Positions 21,136 through 30,802 of a stretch of DNA of 64,000 nucleotides are shown here, piece after piece. The notes under the pieces are model-generated. The model was not told the origin of the DNA. It did not search any database and saw only the letters and a program-made list of their open reading frames with translations. Where the stretch lies: the sequence record PZ445524.1; one strand, given 5' to 3'. The position numbers were made by a program, and so were the translations under genes. This DNA is from a phage. Each line of letters opens with the position of its first letter. The first letter of the stretch is position 1.

Positions 21136-22230
21136 ATGGCAATTGTTAAAGAAATGACTACTGATTTAATTAAAAAGTCCGGTGAGAAAATTTCAGCCGG
21201 ACAGAGCACTAAATCAGAAGTAGTAACTAAAACATACACTGCCCAGTTTCCAACTGGGCGTGCTAGTGGTAATGACACTACAGGGGACTTCCAGGTAACA
21301 GATCTATATAAGAATGGATTATTATTTACTGCATACAATATGTCATCTAGGGATTCTGGAAGTCTTAGATCGATGAGATCTAACTACTCTTCTTCATCTT
21401 CGAGTATTTTAAGTACAGCTAGAAACACTATTAGTAGTACAGTATCAAAACTATCAAATGGATTAATATCAAATAATAATTCAGGAACAATAAGTAAAGC
21501 TCCTGTCGCAAACATTCTTTTACCGAGATCTAAATCTGATGTTGACACATCATCACATAAATTTAATGATGTTCAAGAAAGCCTTATTAGTAGAGGCGGA
21601 GGTACTGCTACTGGTGTGCTAAGTAATATTGCTTCAACCGCAGTATTTGGGGCACTGGAAAGTATAACACAAGGTATAATGGCTGATAATAATGAGCAGA
21701 TTTATACGACAGCCAGAAGTATGTATGGTGGTGCTGAAAATAGAACTAAAGTGTTCACTTGGGATTTGACTCCACGTTCAACAGAAGATTTAATGGCTAT
21801 TATTAATATCTATCAATATTTTAACTATTTTTCTTATGGTGAAACAGGTAAATCTCAATACGCTGCTGAAATAAAGGGGTATTTAGATGATTGGTATCGT
21901 TCTACGTTAATTGAACCTTTATCTCCGGAAGACGCAGCTAAAAATAAAACACTATTTGAGAAAATGACAGCAAGTTTAACGAACGTTCTTGTAGTTTCAA
22001 ACCCGACAATTTGGATGGTGAAAAACTTTGGTGCAACATCTAAGTTTGATGGAAAAACGGAAATATTTGGTCCATGCCAAATACAGAGCATTAGATTTGA
22101 TAAAACACCTAATGGTAACTTTAACGGATTAGCTATTGCTCCAAACCTCCCTAGTACATTTACTCTCGAGATTACTATGAGAGAAATTATCACGTTAAAC
22201 CGTGCTTCTTTATATGCGGGGACTTTTTAA
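21136..22230 (+). CDS. 48: baseplate tail tube cap gp48
   Basis: 364 aa, T4 gp48 length. Confidence 0.9.
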   Translation: MAIVKEMTTDLIKKSGEKISAGQSTKSEVVTKTYTAQFPTGRASGNDTTGDFQVTDLYKNGLLFTAYNMSSRDSGSLRSMRSNYSSSSSSILSTARNTISSTVSKLSNGLISNNNSGTISKAPVANILLPRSKSDVDTSSHKFNDVQESLISRGGGTATGVLSNIASTAVFGALESITQGIMADNNEQIYTTARSMYGGAENRTKVFTWDLTPRSTEDLMAIINIYQYFNYFSYGETGKSQYAAEIKGYLDDWYRSTLIEPLSPEDAAKNKTLFEKMTASLTNVLVVSNPTIWMVKNFGATSKFDGKTEIFGPCQIQSIRFDKTPNGNFNGLAIAPNLPSTFTLEITMREIITLNRASLYAGTF

Positions 22231-23195
22231 TGTATTCTTTAGAGGAATTTAATAATCAAGCAATAAACGCAGATTTCCAACGTAATAATATGTTTAGCTG
22301 CGTTTTTGCAACAACTCCATCAACTAAAAGCTCTTCGTTGATAAGTTCAATTAGCAACTTTTCTTATAATAACTTGGGCCTAAATTCAAATTGGTTAGGA
22401 TTAACTCAAGGTGATATTAATCAGGGAATTACCACGCTAATTACAGCTGGCACACAAAAACTGATAAGAAAATCAGGGGTTAGTAAATATCTTATTGGTG
22501 CCATGAGTCAACGTACAGTTCAAAGTTTATTAGGCTCATTTACAGTTGGTACATATTTAATTGACTTCTTTAACATGGCATATAATTCATCTGGATTGAT
22601 GATATACTCTGTAAAAATGCCAGAGAATAGATTATCCTATGAAACTGACTGGAACTATAATTCTCCTAATATTCGTATAACTGGGAGAGAATTAGACCCT
22701 TTGGTTATTTCATTTAGAATGGATTCAGAAGCTTGTAACTATCGTGCAATGCAAGACTGGGTTAACTCTGTTCAAGACCCAGTAACTGGACTGCGTGCTT
22801 TGCCGCAAGATGTCGAGGCAGATATTCAGGTTAATCTTCATTCTCGCAATGGATTGCCTCATACTGCGGTGATGTTCACCGGATGCATTCCAATATCAGT
22901 GAGCGCTCCTGAGTTATCATATGATGGAGATAACCAAATAACTACATTTGATGTTACTTTTGCGTATAGAGTGATGCAGGCTGGAGCAGTTGATAGGCAA
23001 GCTGCGCTTGAATGGCTTGAATCTGCTGCTATAAATGGTATTCAAAGCTCTTCTGGAAATAGTGGAGGTGTTACTGGACTATCTAATTCGCTTTCACGAC
23101 TTAGTAGATTAGGAGGGACTGCAGGAAGCATTTCAAACATTAATACTATGACAGGAATTGTCAATTCGCAAAGTAAAATATTAGGAGCAATATAA
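22230..23195 (+). CDS. 54: baseplate tail tube initiator gp54
   Basis: 321 aa, T4 gp54 length and order. Confidence 0.9.
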   Translation: MYSLEEFNNQAINADFQRNNMFSCVFATTPSTKSSSLISSISNFSYNNLGLNSNWLGLTQGDINQGITTLITAGTQKLIRKSGVSKYLIGAMSQRTVQSLLGSFTVGTYLIDFFNMAYNSSGLMIYSVKMPENRLSYETDWNYNSPNIRITGRELDPLVISFRMDSEACNYRAMQDWVNSVQDPVTGLRALPQDVEADIQVNLHSRNGLPHTAVMFTGCIPISVSAPELSYDGDNQITTFDVTFAYRVMQAGAVDRQAALEWLESAAINGIQSSSGNSGGVTGLSNSLSRLSRLGGTAGSISNINTMTGIVNSQSKILGAI

Positions 23196-23198
23196 CAA

Positions 23199-23230
23199 TG
23201 GGGACCGAAAGGTCCCCATATTTTTATTTA
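23199..23230. terminator. bidirectional terminator between gene 54 and the convergent minus-strand ORF
   Basis: GGGGACC-GAAA-GGTCCCC hairpin flanked by T-runs. Confidence 0.8.
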
Positions 23231-23514
23231 CGGAATGAAATGAAAGCAGCAACTGAAGCAACTAAACTGTCTTCAATATAAACTTCAATTTTTACAGGAG
23301 CTTCTGACTCAAATTTACCTGTTACTACACCCTGAAAAATACTTTCAGTCTGTTCTGGCTTTGAAAAATTTTCAGAAGGAAAAATTCCGAACTTTTTATC
23401 TGTTCCAAAAATTTTAATAAATTCATCGTAAACTGCTTCATTAAAAGCATTATCAGCAGGAATAACGCCTTCAACTACAAGTTCTTGACCTAAAAAGCGC
23501 AAAGAAGATTTCAT
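23224..23514 (-). CDS. hypothetical early protein (T4 alt.-2 or alt.-3 position)
   Basis: 96 aa ORF with GAGGA RBS, directly downstream of an early promoter. Confidence 0.7.
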   Translation of the reverse strand: MKSSLRFLGQELVVEGVIPADNAFNEAVYDEFIKIFGTDKKFGIFPSENFSKPEQTESIFQGVVTGKFESEAPVKIEVYIEDSLVASVAAFISFRK

Positions 23515-23521
23515 TTTGTGT

Positions 23522-23575
23522 TCCTCATGTTATGTCAGTAAGACTACTATAACACAACACGAGGGACTTGTAAAC
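23522..23575 (-). repeat. 54-bp exact direct repeat, copy A (copy B at 36428..36481)
   Basis: identical 54 nt at both loci spanning -35, -10 and 5' leader. Confidence 0.9.
23546..23575 (-). promoter_or_regulatory. T4-type early promoter (copy A of the 54-bp repeat)
   Basis: minus strand GTTTAC, 18-nt spacer, TGtTATAGT, then GAGGA and ATG. Confidence 0.7.
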
Positions 23576-23931
23576 TACATTTTGAACTTTTTAGTACGCG
23601 GAATAGGCATGCGTCGATTTTATACTGTTTCATTGTTTGAAGAGCAGTATCAAAACAGCATTAATGACACCAATTGGATTTCCACCCAAGTTTCTAAGCT
23701 TAACCAGTGATAATTTCTCATTAACACCTATCATTACGATATGCATCATTTTATCGCCCGGCTTAACGTTTTATTCGTATCACCGCCAGAGGTGTATGTA
23801 CAAAATCTAAATCCAGGAAGCACACTTTCTTCACCGGCTTGAATAGCAAAAATTTGAGGTATTTTATGCTTAGGATTTAAGTTAACAACCGGCGCCGAAG
23901 CGCCGTCAAATAATTCTGTAATAAGTTCCAT
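23576..23931 (-). pseudogene. decayed duplicate of the alt 5' end; intact first 61 codons at 23746..23931
   Basis: 61-aa ORF MELITELFDGASAPVVNLNPKHKIPQIF... parallels Alt residues 2-60; downstream DNA still translates to GDKMMHIV...YKIDACM-like stretches with frame breaks. Confidence 0.75.
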
Positions 23932-23934
23932 GAT

Positions 23935-25986
23935 TTATCCTTGAACGAACTTGTAAGGCATGTTTGCAATATCTATGCAAGACGCAATAATTCCAAGAGA
24001 TGATTCTACTTTCTGTTTAACATTTGACGAAACAAATGATGCAAAGTCAACTCTGTCTTCTATATCACCTGTCATTGTAACCAATTCACCAGTTTCCATT
24101 AAATGGTCTCCGTCATAGATTACCGATTCGGTGAGTTCTTCTGTGGTCATAACTTCAGCTTGAATAAGCTTGTTGTTAGTTCTAACTGTTCCATCATTGT
24201 AAGATGCATCGGTTATTTTATTAACTTTGACCATTAATCCACGTGGCAAAATGACTTCCATTTCATTTGAAGGCGCTAAACTTCCACCGGGTAAAACAAC
24301 ATTGACTTTATCAGCCCCAGTAATAACCCATCCAATTCCAACTAAATTATCGCTAGAATTTACAAGTCCTTCATCAGTTTTATCAATAGAAACGCTTAAA
24401 CGCTTTTCGTCTGGTAAAACACCCACAGATGAATCAGTCATCCAAGTACCAAAAATATTTGGATATAATGATGTTGACACAAAGTTTCTAAAATAAAAAA
24501 CTCGATTTTTTACCATTGCTTCATATATTGAAGGTAACATTCGTTGTGAACGATACAAAGTAATACCTTTTGGTAATCGTTCACCATTTTTAAAGGCTGA
24601 ATCTAAATTATCAATGGCTTGTTCTATTTCAGGTGCTGTTAAAATACTTGTACGCTCATCTGGATTATATAATCCCAAAAGAGCATTATTCATGTCTACA
24701 TATCCTGAACCTACATATTCACGAATTCCGCGTTTTTGCGCTGGTGTGTATTTAGATGAATCTTTATTTTCGACTATAGGATGTAATGACCATCCAGCGG
24801 TAAGAGCATATCCACGTAATTCTCTTCGAATAATCTTTGTTTTTATTGCATTCCAAGAATTTTGTACTAACTCATTTGCAGCATCTTGGTTTAAATGCGA
24901 ATGTTTGTTAATATTTCTTTCAAACCAAGCACCTTTATATTTTTCTAAGGTATCATCGACGATAGAAGCAATAGTTTCTAAAGTTTTTATTGAAGTAATA
25001 GATTCTTTTTTTAATTTTTCTAAAGCTTTATTTTTTATTTCTGCATTAATAATGGATTCTTTATCTTCAGGAATTATAGAAGCTTCTCTGAATGCCATCC
25101 CAGCTGTAACACTACTAAGAGCATTCTCTAATGCAAATCCTGAAGTAGAAATAACAGTTAATTCATTAGCATCAGAAATTAAAGGAGCGTCAGCAGGTTT
25201 ATTTAATTCTGCTGCTGAAGCCTCAAATTTTTGAAACATCGGCGTTTCAAATCTAGAAGATTCCAACGACTGACTTTGTGCAATTGCTCTACGGGAAATT
25301 TTAACTTTAACGATTACAGCTTGGTCAGAACGTTTATCATTTTCTTGTGCAATAGATGCTGCAATTGCCTCATTTTTAGTTACTTGAGCTCCAGTATCTT
25401 TATTGATATAAACATCACCGACCTTCGATTCAACTTTAGTAAAGAGCTCGGTACTAATTTCCGGAACTCCTGGAATGTCTTCTAGTGATACATTTTTGCG
25501 ATGTATAAGAATATATGCATACTTTTTATCATAATCCCAGAGTTCCTTAAGAAGGACGTATCTGCCACCTGAACGACTACGGATAAGTCTATCAGCAATA
25601 ACTTGAATTTGTCGAGCTTGACCAGCAGTTTTAGACTTAAGAATACGAAGCATGCAGGCATCAATTTTATACTGACGCATTGTTTGCATTGCAACAGTAA
25701 AAACCGAATTGATATAATTAATTGGGCTTGGACCAAGACCTTTCAATTTAGCAATTGAACCTTTAGCAGTTAATGTAAAAGGAACAATATGCATCATTTT
25801 ATCGCCCATTTTTAAATCGCGATTAGTATCACCTCCAGATGTATAGGTACATAAACGAAAGCCTGGTTGTTCAATTGCATCATCAACATGAACTGAAAAA
25901 ATTTGCGGTATTTTCTTCTTTGGATGTAAGTTTGTAATTGGAAGAGTAGTATCTTCGTCAAATAATTCTGTAATAAGTTCCATCAT
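23935..25986 (-). CDS. alt: Alt ADP-ribosyltransferase (packaged, modifies host RNA polymerase)
   Basis: 683 aa ORF (682 aa from second Met); T4 Alt length and position; late promoter at 26008. Confidence 0.9.
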   Translation of the reverse strand: MMELITELFDEDTTLPITNLHPKKKIPQIFSVHVDDAIEQPGFRLCTYTSGGDTNRDLKMGDKMMHIVPFTLTAKGSIAKLKGLGPSPINYINSVFTVAMQTMRQYKIDACMLRILKSKTAGQARQIQVIADRLIRSRSGGRYVLLKELWDYDKKYAYILIHRKNVSLEDIPGVPEISTELFTKVESKVGDVYINKDTGAQVTKNEAIAASIAQENDKRSDQAVIVKVKISRRAIAQSQSLESSRFETPMFQKFEASAAELNKPADAPLISDANELTVISTSGFALENALSSVTAGMAFREASIIPEDKESIINAEIKNKALEKLKKESITSIKTLETIASIVDDTLEKYKGAWFERNINKHSHLNQDAANELVQNSWNAIKTKIIRRELRGYALTAGWSLHPIVENKDSSKYTPAQKRGIREYVGSGYVDMNNALLGLYNPDERTSILTAPEIEQAIDNLDSAFKNGERLPKGITLYRSQRMLPSIYEAMVKNRVFYFRNFVSTSLYPNIFGTWMTDSSVGVLPDEKRLSVSIDKTDEGLVNSSDNLVGIGWVITGADKVNVVLPGGSLAPSNEMEVILPRGLMVKVNKITDASYNDGTVRTNNKLIQAEVMTTEELTESVIYDGDHLMETGELVTMTGDIEDRVDFASFVSSNVKQKVESSLGIIASCIDIANMPYKFVQG

Positions 25987-26007
25987 ATCCTCTCTAGTGT
26001 TTATTCT

Positions 26008-26015
26008 ATTTATAA
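26008..26015 (-). promoter_or_regulatory. late promoter TATAAATA upstream of alt
   Basis: minus strand TATAAATA about 22 nt upstream of alt ATG. Confidence 0.7.
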
Positions 26016-26020
26016 AATTA

Positions 26021-26038
26021 AAGGCCCGAAGGCCTTTA
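26021..26038. terminator. hairpin AAAGGCC-CGAA-GGCCTTT between the 62-aa ORF and alt
   Basis: perfect 7-bp inverted repeat. Confidence 0.6.
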
Positions 26039-26224
26039 ATAATCTATTGGTAAGAGAGTACGATATATTTCAAACTTTGGACCTTTTTCATAAGCATCAA
26101 AAGTTTCTGTGAATTTATTATAAGCATATGCATCTATAAATTCAATCATGATTTGTGATACAGAAGTAGAAACATCTCCACCTTCTTTTTGAGCCACGAC
26201 AATTGTTTCTAAGTAAGCTTTCAT
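26036..26224 (-). CDS. hypothetical protein
   Basis: 62 aa ORF between gene 30 and alt; overlaps ligase stop. Confidence 0.55.
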   Translation of the reverse strand: MKAYLETIVVAQKEGGDVSTSVSQIMIEFIDAYAYNKFTETFDAYEKGPKFEIYRTLLPIDY

Positions 26225-27684
26225 AGACCAGTTACCTCATGAAAATCACCAAATACATCCTCGAATGTATTAGCTTTAGTTTTATCTTCACGCAAACGAA
26301 TCGCAATCGGAAGAAATAATTTAACGTAATCAGTGCGGCCATCAGATTTTAACCAACCGTTGCATTCGCACTCTAGAATTTTTCCAATATAATAATTTTG
26401 GTTTTCCATAATGCGAGTACGGTCAAGTTCATGTGATTTTACACCGGCTTTATCTTTTAAGCCTGAACCAGCATTTACTTTAATTTTTCCACACTCTGAC
26501 TCAAGAATAAATCCACCCGCTTTAGTAGGGTCTTTACGGTGAGGATAAATTCCTACAATTTTTAAATCAACATCAATTACTTCTTTAAATTTATAGAGAT
26601 TTTTTGAACGAGCATTTTCCCATAATCCATCGATATTTTTAAGAATAATACCTTCAAGACCTTGGTCAATATACTTTTTATAAATTACCTTAGCTTCATC
26701 TAGGTTATTTACTACCTGGTTTTCAATTAAAATTACTTTATCATAGCCTGATGTCATTTGTTCTAGTTTAGAAAAACGTACATCATATTTCAAACGAAAT
26801 GCAGGAAGACCGTATATTTCTACCAACGGAACATAATCCCAGACCTGAAACTTCATGCATTGAGCTTCTTTTTCAGAAATGGTTCCCTTTAAAGATTTAT
26901 TGGCGATGCCATTAGATGCAGTACGTGATTCAGCTACTTCTGTGAAGTCTTTAACTTTACTGTTTTCAGGATGAGCATCAAAAAGAAAATCTAGGCCTTC
27001 TGGCTCCTTTTTAACTTGCTCATGGTATACCAATTCGCCATCAATTAACACGCCTTCTGGATGAATCTGGCGGGCTTCAGCGGTCATTTTGATTAATTCT
27101 TCCTTAAGAAGATCTAATCCTAGATATTCATTACCGGCTCGTGATAAAAGACGAACATCATCTAATTCATCACCTCTGACTTCGGCAAAGCACCGAGCCC
27201 CATCAGCTTTTAACTGGGCAAAGGCTGGAAATTTGATATTCTTATTAATGCCTTTTTCATCATAAGAACTTGCAAGCATTTGAGGTTGTTCAGGAATTAA
27301 ACCTGGCCAAACTTTGTTCGCAATAGATACTGAAGCACCACATTCAAGGTCTCGCATCATCACTCGACGCAAAACTTCAACATCATCTTTTTTACCATCG
27401 GTGATATATCCAGTTAATTCCTCAATTGCTGCATTTCCAGTCAATTTCCGAGTAGCTAATGTGAATTCAATGAAGTCAAGCATATCGGTAAGAGTCAACA
27501 TTCCAAAACTCTGGGTAGCAATACCAGGTTTAGGCCATTTCTTGATATAATACTGCAACCCACGAGAATAAGTCAGACGATATACTCGTTTAAGCAATTC
27601 ATTATCTTTATTCTTTTCAAGAATTGCTTGCTTCTGCTTAGTTGAACCAATAGATGCTATTTCGTTCAGAATTTTAAGAATCAT
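26221..27684 (-). CDS. 30: ATP-dependent DNA ligase gp30
   Basis: 487 aa; KADGAR adenylation motif; T4 ligase length. Confidence 0.95.
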   Translation of the reverse strand: MILKILNEIASIGSTKQKQAILEKNKDNELLKRVYRLTYSRGLQYYIKKWPKPGIATQSFGMLTLTDMLDFIEFTLATRKLTGNAAIEELTGYITDGKKDDVEVLRRVMMRDLECGASVSIANKVWPGLIPEQPQMLASSYDEKGINKNIKFPAFAQLKADGARCFAEVRGDELDDVRLLSRAGNEYLGLDLLKEELIKMTAEARQIHPEGVLIDGELVYHEQVKKEPEGLDFLFDAHPENSKVKDFTEVAESRTASNGIANKSLKGTISEKEAQCMKFQVWDYVPLVEIYGLPAFRLKYDVRFSKLEQMTSGYDKVILIENQVVNNLDEAKVIYKKYIDQGLEGIILKNIDGLWENARSKNLYKFKEVIDVDLKIVGIYPHRKDPTKAGGFILESECGKIKVNAGSGLKDKAGVKSHELDRTRIMENQNYYIGKILECECNGWLKSDGRTDYVKLFLPIAIRLREDKTKANTFEDVFGDFHEVTGL

Positions 27685-27950
27685 TATTCATCCTTCAGAG
27701 TTTGGTTTACAGCTCTATTATAAATCAATTCATCATTAAGCTCAGTCAAAGACTTATGATATGTGGTTCTAACTTTATTTCCTTGCATCCAGTGCTTGAT
27801 ATAAATGAAACATTGCTCTACGCATTTTTTAAAAATTCGTTCGTCTTTTTGAGCTCGGAATTCTGGATTGCATCTAAAAAATTGATTTACGTGACCGTAA
27901 TCACGTGTAGTATTACCTTCATTTTCATAAATAGTATGAACAACAAACAT
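27684..27950 (-). CDS. hypothetical protein (T4 30.1 position)
   Basis: 88 aa ORF. Confidence 0.7.
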   Translation of the reverse strand: MFVVHTIYENEGNTTRDYGHVNQFFRCNPEFRAQKDERIFKKCVEQCFIYIKHWMQGNKVRTTYHKSLTELNDELIYNRAVNQTLKDE

Positions 27951-28786
27951 TAGAATGCTCCTTGGAAAATATTATCACCACAAGTAGGTCTATTATACAA
28001 ATACTCTATGCCACCGGGTTTAATATAGTTCCATGTCTGAAACGGATGCGTCTGATATGGATGATATAGATTATAAGGATTAAATCCAGGAGTTCTCCAG
28101 GTAGTGTTCCAAGGAAAAGAATCGTTTTTAATCATCTTCTCGATTGCATCTTTTATAGCTTTTTCACGATCAAAACTTTCTTCATTTTCCTTCGGTGAAA
28201 AAAGCTTATTCTCTACATCATTCCATGTATAAACTCGCTGTGCAGTTTTTGGAATACTGTCACGCTCCCCTCGAGCCATCCAATAAACAGGAACACTTAA
28301 TATTTCACTCGCGTGATCGCAGTGGTGAGCGAGATCGTCAATATAACAAATTACGTTATATTTCTCTTTTGCCTTTTTGAACAACTCTTCTTTTGAAGAA
28401 TCATGACCACACATCAGTACTTCTGAGAAGGCACCAGGAAAAAGAGCATTCAAATTAAATTGACGATTCAGCAGAGCGTCAATAGAATCACCCAGTGCTG
28501 TAACAGCTACAAAATTATAATCTTCTTTTAATTTGTTAATTACACACAGAGCATCTTTATATGGAGACAAGTAACGAATAAAATCTGAACGATTGTATTT
28601 TTCAATTAACTTGACGCCAAGTTCTTCATCACAATTAAAAAGTTTACCAGGAGAAATAAATTTTTCATCTTGGATCATTTTTAAAATATGTTCCAACGGA
28701 AGATTATATTTCTGAGCAAAATAAGGAAGGCCTGATTGCCAGCTTAAACATACTCCATCAATATCAGTTAAAATAGTAGGCTTCAT
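27950..28786 (-). CDS. HAD-superfamily hydrolase-like protein (T4 30.2 position)
   Basis: 278 aa; N-terminal DIDGV resembles HAD motif I. Confidence 0.7.
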   Translation of the reverse strand: MKPTILTDIDGVCLSWQSGLPYFAQKYNLPLEHILKMIQDEKFISPGKLFNCDEELGVKLIEKYNRSDFIRYLSPYKDALCVINKLKEDYNFVAVTALGDSIDALLNRQFNLNALFPGAFSEVLMCGHDSSKEELFKKAKEKYNVICYIDDLAHHCDHASEILSVPVYWMARGERDSIPKTAQRVYTWNDVENKLFSPKENEESFDREKAIKDAIEKMIKNDSFPWNTTWRTPGFNPYNLYHPYQTHPFQTWNYIKPGGIEYLYNRPTCGDNIFQGAF

Positions 28787-29247
28787 AGAGAGTCTCTTAA
28801 TAGGTTTAACACATCAATAAATTCAGCTTCGGTTAGTATTGTATCATCTTTTGTTAGACCACTAGCCATGCTGTGCTTCAAAACTTTTCCTTTCGAGGCT
28901 TGTAATGCATCACGAAAGCCCTTGTTTTGGATCGCTGCTTCAAAATATGCATTTGTGTATAATTCTTTCCACGCCGGGGAGTATCTTGAAAACGGAACTC
29001 CAAGCCAGAAGAGGGTCCCACGGTCCTGAGCTCTAGCATAAGACCTTCCAGCTTGTTGAGCGGCAAGCCCGGATAACCCAAATATACGACGTTGTTGTTC
29101 AACGTTTTTCACCTTGCATCCTTGGAGGAATCCTTCAAGACCTCCAAATTGAATACCATCCATAACGAAAGGCCAATGGGCGAAATTACTTAATGCACAT
29201 GATGGCCACCTAAAATTACTTCTAATCTCTAACTCAGACATTTTCAA
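28783..29247 (-). CDS. NADAR/YbiA-like domain protein (T4 30.3 position)
   Basis: 154 aa; SNFAHWPFVMDG and EGFLQGCK resemble the YbiA/NADAR motifs SNFAAWP...DG and EHYFQAQK. Confidence 0.6.
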   Translation of the reverse strand: MKMSELEIRSNFRWPSCALSNFAHWPFVMDGIQFGGLEGFLQGCKVKNVEQQRRIFGLSGLAAQQAGRSYARAQDRGTLFWLGVPFSRYSPAWKELYTNAYFEAAIQNKGFRDALQASKGKVLKHSMASGLTKDDTILTEAEFIDVLNLLRDSL

Positions 29248-29440
29248 TGCTTATAATTTCAACATCAGCCCAATGACCATAGTTTGGTAGACGAAATTCA
29301 ACTGGCCAGTCACTGCCTTTTTCTAATATAATAGACTTAACTTGTGGTTCTTCGTGTTCATCAGTATACGGATTTTTATCTGTTACTTTATATGTGACCT
29401 TAATGTACTGAATTCCAAAAATCTTATTAATTATATTCAT
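29234..29440 (-). CDS. hypothetical protein (30.x cluster)
   Basis: 68 aa ORF. Confidence 0.6.
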   Translation of the reverse strand: MNIINKIFGIQYIKVTYKVTDKNPYTDEHEEPQVKSIILEKGSDWPVEFRLPNYGHWADVEIISIENV

Positions 29441-29634
29441 ACTAATTCCTTTAATCCGTAGATAGGAGATAATTCATCGCCCATACGAAGGTCTTCATTT
29501 CCATCTACCCAGGAAACAATATAAGCCTCTTTTATTTGAATACCACTCCATTTAAATGGAGGTAGAACCTTAGAAATTAATCCAGGTATACCAACTCCCT
29601 TTAATTCAACAGTTTGACCTAAAAAGAATTTCAT
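29437..29634 (-). CDS. hypothetical protein (30.x cluster)
   Basis: 65 aa ORF. Confidence 0.6.
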   Translation of the reverse strand: MKFFLGQTVELKGVGIPGLISKVLPPFKWSGIQIKEAYIVSWVDGNEDLRMGDELSPIYGLKELV

Positions 29635-29921
29635 TAGAACCTCATCTGAAAACCGTGCGATTTAACATTACCGCCGCCAATATCAGAAATGTTAATTTCA
29701 CGCGCAATTGAAGGGTCAATGTCAATTTCGCGATTGAGTTTAGTGATAGCTAAAGTATCACGCCCATTTACTGTACGGAATTCTAAAGGACAAACCACAT
29801 CAACGTAGTTTTTAATCGATTCGCTAGTAGGTTGCAAATGTGCAGGAAGGTCTTTAGGTGCCTTTGAGAAAACAACTTCACAGAAATTTTTGCGGGTATC
29901 AAAATAAGTAGTCATAAACAT
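29634..29921 (-). CDS. hypothetical protein (30.x cluster)
   Basis: 95 aa ORF. Confidence 0.65.
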   Translation of the reverse strand: MFMTTYFDTRKNFCEVVFSKAPKDLPAHLQPTSESIKNYVDVVCPLEFRTVNGRDTLAITKLNREIDIDPSIAREINISDIGGGNVKSHGFQMRF

Positions 29922-29962
29922 AATATTTTCCTCAATAGGGGGCCGAAGCCCCTCATTTTATT

Positions 29963-30340
29963 TTAAATATCAAATTCGTTAAGAACTACATCAAAGATTG
30001 CTTCAAGATGCTCAGGTTTAGCTCTGTTACTCAGAATATGACGAATCCAAGTTTTAACTAAGAGTTTACGATTAGCACCATTCCAGCAAGGATGAGTCCC
30101 TAAATCGCGTTGACGGAAATCATCATCCAGAGCGATTTTGAAGTTGGAACCTTCCATCGTGATTGAAACTGTAATACCGTTTTCAAATCGCATATAAACG
30201 TAATTAGGAGTCATATACTGATCGATTTCGCATACTGATCCGTTTTGATGTTTCCAGAGGCAAATAGTATCAATAGAACCTGCAATACCATTAGAAACAT
30301 ATTTACGTTCAAAGTTAATGTAGTTCATTTTATTCTCCAA
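29963..30340 (-). CDS. hypothetical protein (30.x cluster)
   Basis: 125 aa ORF preceded by early promoter 30365..30393. Confidence 0.7.
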   Translation of the reverse strand: MENKMNYINFERKYVSNGIAGSIDTICLWKHQNGSVCEIDQYMTPNYVYMRFENGITVSITMEGSNFKIALDDDFRQRDLGTHPCWNGANRKLLVKTWIRHILSNRAKPEHLEAIFDVVLNEFDI

Positions 30341-30364
30341 GATGTTTAATTGCGGTATAGGTAT

Positions 30365-30393
30365 ATAATATCATGTCCTGTACCAAAGTAAAC
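30365..30393 (-). promoter_or_regulatory. T4-type early promoter
   Basis: GTTTAC, 17-nt spacer, TGaTATTAT, then GGAGAATAAAATG. Confidence 0.65.
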
Positions 30394-30395
30394 AA

Positions 30396-30728
30396 TTATT
30401 TTACTACTTTCCAATGCTGCATGTCAAGTTTACCAACTTTTTTCATCTTCTCAATTAAGCGTTCGGCACGTTGGCGAGCTGTAACATAATGCCATTCGCC
30501 TAATTCATTTTGTTCAATTTTTCCAACGATTACTGTATTCAATTCATAAATCCAACTAGTAAAGAAATTATGAACTTGAATTGTAAAGGTGAAATCTGTT
30601 CCCATACCTTCTGTTGTTTCTACTTCAATGATATCACCTTCAACTGCCATTAAGAACCACATAGTTTCATTATATTTACCATTGAAGCATTTAGTTTTAA
30701 CTGTAGCGTTCAGATTAATCGTTTTCAT
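30396..30728 (-). CDS. hypothetical protein (30.x cluster)
   Basis: 110 aa ORF preceded by early promoter 30756..30785. Confidence 0.7.
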   Translation of the reverse strand: MKTINLNATVKTKCFNGKYNETMWFLMAVEGDIIEVETTEGMGTDFTFTIQVHNFFTSWIYELNTVIVGKIEQNELGEWHYVTARQRAERLIEKMKKVGKLDMQHWKVVK

Positions 30729-30755
30729 TTTATTCTCCTTTGTTTGTGTAAGATA

Positions 30756-30785
30756 ATACTATCACAAAGGAGCTATACTGTAAAC
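30756..30785 (-). promoter_or_regulatory. T4-type early promoter
   Basis: GTTTAC, 18-nt spacer, TGaTAGTAT, then AAAGGAGAATAAAATG. Confidence 0.65.
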
Positions 30786-30802
30786 AACTTTGTGCAATCT
30801 TT

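Noticed and set aside
23516-23710. 64-aa plus-strand ORF with a TTG start
   Set aside because: Antisense to the early promoter and alt remnant; no RBS, non-ATG start, and all neighbouring genes are on the minus strand.
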